DNA of 32,000 bases from Planctomycetales bacterium (GTDB lineage: Bacteria > 4484-113 > JAFGCY01). The notes beneath the pieces are model-generated. The model ran no database searches and was not told where the DNA came from. It was given only the letters and a program-made list of their open reading frames with translations. The first letter of the stretch is position 1. Each line of letters starts with the position of its first letter. A program made the position numbers and the translations under genes. Shown piece after piece: positions 16,391-22,902 of the stretch. Location of the stretch: assembly GCA_022646745.1 (NCBI GenBank), contig CP060262.1:3060001-3092000 (forward strand), read 5' to 3'.

Positions 16391-17638
16391 ATAGAGGATT
16401 ACAACCCCAGGATTCTCGTTGTCGACGACGAACCGACGTTCTTCGAACATACGCGCAGCTGCCTGGAAAACCGCGGTTATGAGGTGATCGTCGCCAAGAA
16501 CGGGCGTGATGCACTGCAGATCGTGGACCAGCGCGGCATCGACCTCGTGCTGCTGGACGTGATCATGCCGGCGCTCAACGGCGTCGAGGTGACGAAGATC
16601 CTCAGGCGCAATCCGAGCACGAAGGACATCCCGATCATCATCATCAGTTCGATGACGGAGTACAAGGACCGGGTCGAGTTCTTCAAGATCGGCGCGAATG
16701 ACTACATGCCGAAGCCGATTGACAACGGTGAGCTGATGGCGCGGGTGGATCTGCAGCTGCAACTCTGCCGGCTGCGCAAGGAGGTCAAGGTCGCCAATGA
16801 GCACCTGCGCAGCCAGAACCACATGCTGGAGCAGCACATCTCGCGCATCGAGCGGGAGCTGACCATGGCCCGCGGCGTGCAGCGCGCGATCCTGCCGCCC
16901 GGTGACAAGGTGTTCCGCAACCTGAGCGTGAACTTCGAGCATCGCTCAAGCGAGGACCTGGGCAGCGACTTCATCGACTTCATCGAGGATGAGTTCGGCC
17001 GTTTCAGCCTGATCATTGCCGACGTGTCTGGGCACGGAATCGCATCCGCCCTGATTGCCAGCCAGCTGAAGGTGCTGTTCGTGTCGATGGCACAGGAGCG
17101 TGACCTGAGCCCGCCGCAGGTGATGGAGCGCATCAACCAGCTCAGCACCCGCTTCCTGACGGAGAACTACTACTTCACTGCGATCTTCATCCGCTATGAG
17201 CCATCAAGTGGACGGATGTCCGTCGTCAACTGCGGGCATGTGCCGATGCTGTTCATGGAGCATGAGACCGGCAAGATCAAGCAGATTGAGAGCAGCAGCG
17301 CGCCGCTGGGATTCTTCGCGGAGGAGAAGTACAGTGAGGTGGTGCTGCAGCCGAAGGCCGGTGACATGGCCCTGCTCCTGACAGATGGGATCACTGAGCA
17401 CACCAACGGCAGCAACGAGATGTTCGGCCTGCCGGGCGTGGTCAATGTGTTCCGCCGCAACCGTGAGCAGGCCCCGGCCAAGCTGATTTCCAGCCTGTTC
17501 TCGGAATGCTCCAGCTTTGGCAACAAGCCGGTGTTTGCCGATGACATCACGATCAGCGTGCTGCGCTTTGGCAACCAGAAGCAGGCGCAGCAGGTGGATG
17601 AGGACATCGAGGTGATCCGCCCGCTGGCGCGGCAGTGA
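16391..17638 (+). CDS. response regulator with CheY-like receiver domain fused to a PP2C/SpoIIE-family Ser/Thr phosphatase domain (RsbU-like)
   Basis: REC motifs are present: ILVVDDEP, LVLLDVIMP (phospho-acceptor Asp), IIIISS, DYMPKP. PP2C motifs are present: IADVSGHGIASAL, LLLTDGITE, ADDITISVL. The 5' end is set at non-canonical ATA 16391, because the REC beta1/DD segment lies upstream of the first canonical start (GTG 16484) in the same open frame. Confidence 0.8.
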   Translation: MEDYNPRILVVDDEPTFFEHTRSCLENRGYEVIVAKNGRDALQIVDQRGIDLVLLDVIMPALNGVEVTKILRRNPSTKDIPIIIISSMTEYKDRVEFFKIGANDYMPKPIDNGELMARVDLQLQLCRLRKEVKVANEHLRSQNHMLEQHISRIERELTMARGVQRAILPPGDKVFRNLSVNFEHRSSEDLGSDFIDFIEDEFGRFSLIIADVSGHGIASALIASQLKVLFVSMAQERDLSPPQVMERINQLSTRFLTENYYFTAIFIRYEPSSGRMSVVNCGHVPMLFMEHETGKIKQIESSSAPLGFFAEEKYSEVVLQPKAGDMALLLTDGITEHTNGSNEMFGLPGVVNVFRRNREQAPAKLISSLFSECSSFGNKPVFADDITISVLRFGNQKQAQQVDEDIEVIRPLARQ

Positions 17639-17646
17639 CTGGCAGC

Positions 17647-18561
17647 CTAGCTGATGAGACCGACGGCCGCCAGGTAGAGGTCCAGCAGCTGGTGCAGGAT
17701 TGCTGCTGGAACTGCGCCTGCGCCTGTCCCACTGGGCAGGAAGGTGGAGAGGTACCAGTCCTTGATGGCCGTGCCGAAGAACAGGCTGACATAGCAGCCA
17801 AGGAACAGCCAGGGCCCGAATGGCATCTCAGCGCGACCTTTCTTCTTCTGGACCAGCCTGACGTAGATCAAGAGTGGAATGGCAACGATACCTCCGCTGA
17901 GGATGCCGAGGAACAGGGCGACATTGCTCAGTGGCCATCCGAAGATGATGCCGAAGCCGAGAGCGACGAGCACATCGCCGAAGCCCATCCCGCCGAAGAA
18001 CCAGAACATTGCGATGAAGCCCGCAAACATCAGCAGGCCATACAGGCTGGACAGCCAGCCCTGGCTGATGGTGTAGGGAGCCGCGGCGAACATGAACACG
18101 ACTGCGGCGATCAGGTTCGGCAGCCAGACCTCATCTGGGATCAGGGTGTGCTCGAAGTCCGTCACCATTCCGATCAGCCAGATGCTGGCCAGGAATATGA
18201 CGAAGATGATGTGCGCGATGCCGATGTTCTCAGGTGCCACGTTGGAAAGGCCGTAGGTGGTCACGAGGTACAGGCTGCCGGTCCAGAGCAGTGCGTTGCC
18301 AAGCTCCACGGCGGGATATCGCCAGTGGATCGGGGCCTTGCAGTCGCGGCACTTACCCCCCAGCCTGAGCCAGCCGATCAATGGTATGTTGTCATACCAG
18401 CGGATCGGGGCGCGGCACTTGGGGCAGTTGCTCGGGGTCTTGATCCACTCATGGTCCGTCTTTTCCTCCTGGGGCCAGCGATGGATGCAGACATTGAAGA
18501 AGCTGCCAAACACCAGCCCGAAGACGAATACGACTACATAGATTGGAATTGGAATGACCAT
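17647..18561 (-). CDS. pilD: prepilin peptidase / N-methyltransferase (peptidase A24, PilD-like)
   Basis: N-terminal CPKC...CRDC zinc motif. Multi-pass membrane protein with two catalytic Asp motifs (MVTDFEHTLIPD; GMGFGDVLV). Confidence 0.9.
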   Translation of the reverse strand: MVIPIPIYVVVFVFGLVFGSFFNVCIHRWPQEEKTDHEWIKTPSNCPKCRAPIRWYDNIPLIGWLRLGGKCRDCKAPIHWRYPAVELGNALLWTGSLYLVTTYGLSNVAPENIGIAHIIFVIFLASIWLIGMVTDFEHTLIPDEVWLPNLIAAVVFMFAAAPYTISQGWLSSLYGLLMFAGFIAMFWFFGGMGFGDVLVALGFGIIFGWPLSNVALFLGILSGGIVAIPLLIYVRLVQKKKGRAEMPFGPWLFLGCYVSLFFGTAIKDWYLSTFLPSGTGAGAVPAAILHQLLDLYLAAVGLIS

Positions 18562-18564
18562 GTC

Positions 18565-19422
18565 CTAGTCCTCCCGTCCTTCGCCGCCGGAGGGATCAAT
18601 ATCCCTGAAGACGCGGCCGAACTGGGGATACTGCCTCCAGAAGTGGTTGACCGGGTTGATGCCGGCGCCGAATACCTGGGCATTGGCAATCGCACCGGTG
18701 ATGTACTCCTTGGCAAAGCGGAACGCATCTTCCAGACGGTCACCGATCACCAGCCGCGCCGTGATGGCTGCACTGAAGGTACAGCCGGTGCCGTGGGTAT
18801 GCACGGAGTCGATCCGCTCGTTGCTGAGCATCAGCTCGCCGGCTTCACCAAGCAGCAGGTCAGCCGGGTTATCGGCGCTGTGCCCGCCCTTGATGATCAC
18901 ATTGCGGCAGCCCAGGGCAAGGATCGCCTGGGCAGCGCTGTACATCTGCTTTTCGCTGCTGATTTCATGCATGCCAGCCAGTTCGGCGGCCTCATGCAGG
19001 TTGGGGGTGACAACCGTTGCGCAGGGGATCAGGTGGTCGCGCAGGGTCTTCAGTGCTTCATCCGCAATCAGGCGATAGCCGTGCTTGCTGATCATCACGG
19101 GATCAAGCACGAAGGGCAGTTCCGGGTGCCTTTGCAGGAATTCCGCAACGATGTGGATGATGTCCTCATTACCGAGGGCCCCGCTCTTCATCGCCCCGAT
19201 CACGAAGTCGGACTCCACTGTGCTGAGCTGTCCACGCACGAGTTCGTTGGGCACCGTCTCCACGATATCCACGCTGCTGGTGCTCTGGGCGGTGACCACC
19301 GTCAGGACGGTCAGACCGTATACACCAAGTGCACTGAAGGTCTTCAGGTCGGCCTGGATCCCGGCACCCGCACCGCTGTCGCTGCCTGCGACACTGAGCG
19401 CGACTGGCTGTTGCTGGGGCAT
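18565..19422 (-). CDS. thiD: hydroxymethylpyrimidine/phosphomethylpyrimidine kinase ThiD
   Basis: ALSVAGSDSGAGAGIQADLKTF N-terminal signature and ribokinase-fold C-terminus (HTHGTGCTFSAAI). Start set at ATG 19422 (MPQQQPVALSV...). The 20-codon extension to 19482 has AT-rich third positions. Confidence 0.9.
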   Translation of the reverse strand: MPQQQPVALSVAGSDSGAGAGIQADLKTFSALGVYGLTVLTVVTAQSTSSVDIVETVPNELVRGQLSTVESDFVIGAMKSGALGNEDIIHIVAEFLQRHPELPFVLDPVMISKHGYRLIADEALKTLRDHLIPCATVVTPNLHEAAELAGMHEISSEKQMYSAAQAILALGCRNVIIKGGHSADNPADLLLGEAGELMLSNERIDSVHTHGTGCTFSAAITARLVIGDRLEDAFRFAKEYITGAIANAQVFGAGINPVNHFWRQYPQFGRVFRDIDPSGGEGRED

Positions 19423-19428
19423 TACAGG

Positions 19429-19434
19429 ATTATA
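19429..19434 (-). promoter_or_regulatory. consensus -10 hexamer TATAAT exactly 6 nt upstream of the thiD ATG (leaderless-type promoter candidate)
   Basis: Minus strand reads gggcgaTATAAT-cctgta-ATG. No Shine-Dalgarno is present. Confidence 0.45.
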
Positions 19435-19591
19435 TCGCCCAGCCAGGAAACTGAATGCAGGTTCAAAACGCTGCAAAGACACAGCATGTCGCCATTGAAT
19501 TCTGGCAATATGGTACAGAAAATACTGAATATCGGTAGGGAAATTCTATACTTTAGCCACTTAATCTACCTTAATCATTATTCATTCTCCG

Positions 19592-19614
19592 CTTGTTTGC
19601 TTTTTGCCAACAAG
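19592..19614. promoter_or_regulatory. imperfect inverted repeat CTTGTTTGC-N5-GCCAACAAG; candidate TetR operator
   Basis: Read directly: 8 of 9 positions pair. It lies about 60 nt upstream of the TetR-family gene start, next to a TAGAAT -10-like hexamer. Confidence 0.3.
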
Positions 19615-19639
19615 TTAACCACGCAATTTTCCTCCAAGT

Positions 19640-19645
19640 TAGAAT
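19640..19645 (+). promoter_or_regulatory. -10-like hexamer TAGAAT upstream of the TetR-family gene
   Basis: Plus strand reads agtTAGAATcc, 30 nt upstream of ATG 19676. AGGGA Shine-Dalgarno lies downstream. The -35 is weak (TTAACC at 19-nt spacing). Confidence 0.3.
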
Positions 19646-19675
19646 CCTACTAGTCATTTCTGTAGGGATACTCTT

Positions 19676-20290
19676 ATGCCATACACAAAAAAGGCGATTG
19701 CTACTAGACGAAGGATTGTCGAGAACGCAGCCAACCTGATTTTCAGCCAGGGCTACACACGCACGAAACTGGAGCAGGTTCTGCTTGCGGCAAACGTCCA
19801 GAAGGGTAACTTCTATTACTACTTCGAGAGCAAGGATGATCTCGGGCTTGCGGTGATCCGCGAGTTCGGACGCAGCAAGGTGCTGGAATGGCTGGAGTCC
19901 GTCGTCACGGATGATGCGGACCCCTGGGAGAACATCACCGAGCTCGTCATGCAGATCACCCAGTCCCCGGAGGTAATCAAGGGACATGGCAATCCGGTCA
20001 GCAACCTGGCCCTTGAGCTGTCAGGTGTTTCCGATGACTTCCGCCGTGAGATTGACGGTGTTGTCAATGCAGTGATCGACGTGTTCGCCGACCAGTTTGA
20101 CAAGCTGCGCCAGGCCGGCCGGCTCGAGCCGGGCAGTGATGCCCGCGAACTTGCCAGCTACCTGTTCAGCCTTGTCGAGGGTTCGATGATGCACTACAAG
20201 GTCACACGCAACTCGGAGATCCTCAGGAGCAACCTGCAGCTTGGCATGCGCGTGATCAGGAACAGCATGCAGCGGGTCAGCCAGGATTAG
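19676..20290 (+). CDS. TetR/AcrR-family transcriptional regulator
   Basis: N-terminal HTH pattern (RRRIVENAANLIFSQGYTRTKLEQVLLAANVQKGNFYYYFESKDDL) and about 200-aa length. Confidence 0.9.
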   Translation: MPYTKKAIATRRRIVENAANLIFSQGYTRTKLEQVLLAANVQKGNFYYYFESKDDLGLAVIREFGRSKVLEWLESVVTDDADPWENITELVMQITQSPEVIKGHGNPVSNLALELSGVSDDFRREIDGVVNAVIDVFADQFDKLRQAGRLEPGSDARELASYLFSLVEGSMMHYKVTRNSEILRSNLQLGMRVIRNSMQRVSQD

Positions 20291-20297
20291 CGATCTG

Positions 20298-20340
20298 ATC
20301 AATAACAATTCCGGTCACATAGGCCGGAATTGTTATTGAT
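20298..20340. terminator. perfect 17-bp inverted repeat with 9-nt loop between convergent genes (candidate bidirectional terminator)
   Basis: ATCAATAACAATTCCGG-tcacatagg-CCGGAATTGTTATTGAT. It lies 8 nt after the TetR stop and 44 nt after the kdsD stop. The stem is AT-rich and the flanking T-tract is weak. Confidence 0.5.
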
Positions 20341-20383
20341 GTTTCCAAACATATATCAGAAAATCCCTACAATAGCGGTAATT

Positions 20384-21406
20384 CTATTGCTGCTTTCCGG
20401 CCTTGAAACCTGCCTGCAGCAGGGTGTGGATGTTGATCATTCCCAGCGGCCGGTCTTCCCCATCAAGCACCGGCAGCACCATGATCGGGCGCGGCTTGTG
20501 GTTTTCCATCAGCTGCAGCGCGTCATAGGCCAGGTCATCACCCCGGATCGAGCTTGGTTCCCGCGTCATCAGCTCCGACACGGGGGTCTGCATCACCTCC
20601 GCCACCGTGCTTTCGCCTGAGCTGGGGCGGCGGAATACCCGGCGCACATCGCCATCTGTAAGGATCCCCGCCAGCCGACCGTCAGCTCCGACGATGCTCG
20701 TGCCTCCCAGGGCATGGCTGGTGATCACCTCCAGCGCATGGCTGAAGATGCTGTCATGGCTGATCACGGGATTGGTTTCATCGCCGCGCAGCAGGTCGGC
20801 CACCCGCAGAGTCAGGCGCTTGCCAAGCATCCCGCTGGGATGAAATACGGCAAACTCCTCGGGCGTGAATCCACGCATCTGCATCAGTGTGATGGTGAGC
20901 GCATCCCCCAGGGCCAGCGTGAGCGTCGTGGATGTGGTCGGAACCAGGTTGTGTGGGTCAGCCTCCGGGGCGTCCGCCAGCAGCAGCAGGGCATCACTGT
21001 GGCGTGCCAGCGTGCTTTCGGCATTGCGGGTGATGGCAATCACGGGGACGCCAACGCTGCCCACCGGTCCGAGCAGGCTAGTGATCTCTGCGGTTTCCCC
21101 ACTGTTGCTGATCGCCAGCAGCAGGTCATGCTTGTGCACCACGCCAAGGTCGCCGTGCACGCCCTCAGCCGGATGCATGAAATGTGTGGCGATGCCCGTG
21201 CTTGTCAGGCTGGCGGCGATCTTCTGGGCGATATGGCCGCTCTTGCCCATGCCGGAGATGATCACGCGGCCCCGGCAGTCATAGATCAGCCGGCAGGCAC
21301 GGCAGAACTGCTCATCGATCAGGTCGCGCTGGAGCAGCAGGGCGCTGCTCTCACTGGCCAGTACATCGCGCGCCATCTGCTGCAGCTGCTCGTCGGTTAA
21401 GGACAT
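20384..21406 (-). CDS. kdsD: arabinose-5-phosphate isomerase (KdsD/KpsF/GutQ family; SIS domain plus CBS pair)
   Basis: GMGKSGHIAQKIAASLTSTGIATHFMHPAEGVHGDLG SIS motif, followed by tandem CBS domains. 340 aa. Confidence 0.9.
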   Translation of the reverse strand: MSLTDEQLQQMARDVLASESSALLLQRDLIDEQFCRACRLIYDCRGRVIISGMGKSGHIAQKIAASLTSTGIATHFMHPAEGVHGDLGVVHKHDLLLAISNSGETAEITSLLGPVGSVGVPVIAITRNAESTLARHSDALLLLADAPEADPHNLVPTTSTTLTLALGDALTITLMQMRGFTPEEFAVFHPSGMLGKRLTLRVADLLRGDETNPVISHDSIFSHALEVITSHALGGTSIVGADGRLAGILTDGDVRRVFRRPSSGESTVAEVMQTPVSELMTREPSSIRGDDLAYDALQLMENHKPRPIMVLPVLDGEDRPLGMINIHTLLQAGFKAGKQQ

Positions 21407-21412
21407 GCGCAG

Positions 21413-21418
21413 ATTATA
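21413..21418 (-). promoter_or_regulatory. consensus -10 hexamer TATAAT exactly 6 nt upstream of the kdsD ATG (leaderless-type promoter candidate)
   Basis: Minus strand reads tcTATAAT-ctgcgc-ATG, inside the 26-nt gap after the V4R gene stop. Confidence 0.45.
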
Positions 21419-21432
21419 GACAGCGCCGCGCT

Positions 21433-22074
21433 TCAGGTTGCGACCTGGATCAGGCAGCTGCGCTCATCCTCGTCCTGGCAGGCACAGCTTGATTCCTTTG
21501 CATCTAGGCCGCGCATGCCTGTTTCATGCCCGAGCTGCTGCAGCCAGCCGACGTAGAAGCCGCACAGGCAGTTGAGCGAGAACCGCCCCTCAGCGAAGAT
21601 GCTGTTGGTGATGCGCAGCATCAGCACGCGGCCCTTGATGTCGATTTCGAGGCTGGCATCCCCCAGCAGGGGCAGCAGGCGCTGGCCGATGCGGCGTGCC
21701 AGCAGGGACAGGGGCTGGCGGCGGAGTTCGCCGTCGCGCACGCACTGCATGCTGTAGCAGTTGCGACCGGCGAGGTTCATGATGTCGCCGTAGCGCGGGT
21801 GGTGGTCCAGTGCGTTGAGCACTTCGCCGAGCTGGCCCGGGCCGAGCATCACCGATTCACTGGCCAGCTCAAGCAGGCCCTCCTGGCTGACGCCGAGCCG
21901 GTCCGCAAGGTGGTTGGCAAGTTCCGAGTCATAACGTGTGAGGGCCTCAAACAGGTTGAGGAATAGCAGGGGGTCCAGGCGGTGGAGCTGTACAGTTTCG
22001 GTCTCCTCGCTGGGGCTGTCTTCCGGGCTGGTATGCAGGGCGCTGAAGAATTCCCTGAAGCGCTGAATCAGCAT
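21433..22074 (-). CDS. hypothetical protein with C-terminal V4R-like (4-vinyl reductase-type) Cys-containing domain
   Basis: 213 aa. The C-terminal segment NCLCGFYVGWLQQL...ESSCACQDEDERSCLIQV resembles the V4R pattern (C-x-F-x-x-G...E-x-x-C...C-x-F). The ATG overlaps the amj stop (TGATG). Confidence 0.5.
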   Translation of the reverse strand: MLIQRFREFFSALHTSPEDSPSEETETVQLHRLDPLLFLNLFEALTRYDSELANHLADRLGVSQEGLLELASESVMLGPGQLGEVLNALDHHPRYGDIMNLAGRNCYSMQCVRDGELRRQPLSLLARRIGQRLLPLLGDASLEIDIKGRVLMLRITNSIFAEGRFSLNCLCGFYVGWLQQLGHETGMRGLDAKESSCACQDEDERSCLIQVAT

Positions 22075-22901
22075 CAGAACAGCTTGTCAACGATGGTGGC
22101 GGCGTACAGTACGTAGCGGGCCATGATCGGAAGCATCAGGATGCCCAGCAGGCAGCCGGCAAGCCGTGAGATGATCATGTGCAGGTTCAGCCTGACGGCA
22201 TCCTCCTTGGGACGCTTGCCGGAGATGCAGTCATCGATGATCAGTGAGGCCGGCGGGTCCACGAGGATGAACAGCAGCATCGTGGCGATGCCGTTGACGA
22301 TGCCTGACAGGTTGGCGCAGGTGGCCGCCAGGTTGTGGTTGAAGCTGCCGGCCAGCGCGGTTGCCATCACGCCGATGCTGTAGAAGCAGGTGATGAACAC
22401 GTTCCAGAACAGGATCGACTTCGGGATGCTGCCGGGGCTGATGTTACGGGTGATGCTCGCCATGTTGGGCCGCCTGAGGTATCCGGGCAGGCGGCTGATC
22501 CTGAGGAGTCCGTAGGTCACCGTACGTGGCAGAGTGCCTCTTTCTCCCATCACGACGATGCCACGCTTGAAGATGGCAATGAAGGACGGCGACAGTGATG
22601 CCCCGACCAGCACTCCGAGCACGATGAACAGCAGGTCGATACGCAGTGCATTCAGCACGTCGTGCGCCGTGTAGTCACCCTGGTAGACGCTGTCGGCGAA
22701 GTTGCCGATGATCGGGGCCTGGAACATGTTGCTCAGGCGGCTGATGATCACAACCGCATTGAACAGGGACAGGCTGGTTGCCAGCCGCCCGGCGTACACA
22801 CCGGCTGTGCGCACGCTGTAGGCCAGGGTGTCAACGATGCTCATGATGCACAGCAGGGCCCCTGCCGTGATCATCGGGTCGATTATGGCTTCAGGGAACA
22901 A
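22074..22901 (-). CDS. amj: Amj-like (DUF2837) alternate lipid II flippase, multi-pass membrane protein
   Basis: About 270-aa polytopic protein with DTLAYSVRTAGVYAGRLATSLSLFNAVVIISRLSNMFQAP, which matches my recollection of the Amj/YdaH family N-terminal signature. Start is either TTG 22901 or ATG 22874, the latter preceded by CATAAT at N7. Confidence 0.6.
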   Translation of the reverse strand: MFPEAIIDPMITAGALLCIMSIVDTLAYSVRTAGVYAGRLATSLSLFNAVVIISRLSNMFQAPIIGNFADSVYQGDYTAHDVLNALRIDLLFIVLGVLVGASLSPSFIAIFKRGIVVMGERGTLPRTVTYGLLRISRLPGYLRRPNMASITRNISPGSIPKSILFWNVFITCFYSIGVMATALAGSFNHNLAATCANLSGIVNGIATMLLFILVDPPASLIIDDCISGKRPKEDAVRLNLHMIISRLAGCLLGILMLPIMARYVLYAATIVDKLF

Positions 22902-22902
22902 C

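Noticed and set aside
19423-19482. N-terminal extensions of computed ORFs (thiD to 19482, sufS to 2588, sufC to 6351, ftsX from 8375, ctp from 10660)
   Set aside because: The extensions either overlap the upstream gene, have AT-rich third positions, or lack family-typical N-termini. Internal starts with an RBS or -10 context give canonical protein N-termini.
19423-19560. Possible TPP (THI-box) riboswitch upstream of thiD
   Set aside because: The minus strand contains UUGAACCUG, reminiscent of the ACCC-GAACCUGA core. I could not find the GGGGUGC or CUGAGA elements, or a P4/P5 stem closing on GCG-AGGGA. The geometry favours a leaderless thiD instead. A covariance-model scan would be decisive.
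17635-19653. 672-aa plus-strand ORF spanning more than 2 kb
   Set aside because: It lies entirely antisense to two well-supported genes (pilD and thiD). Its translation is a low-complexity D/E/A/G/H/Q-rich string with no recognisable domain. Long stop-free antisense frames are expected in GC-rich coding DNA. Treated as a shadow ORF.
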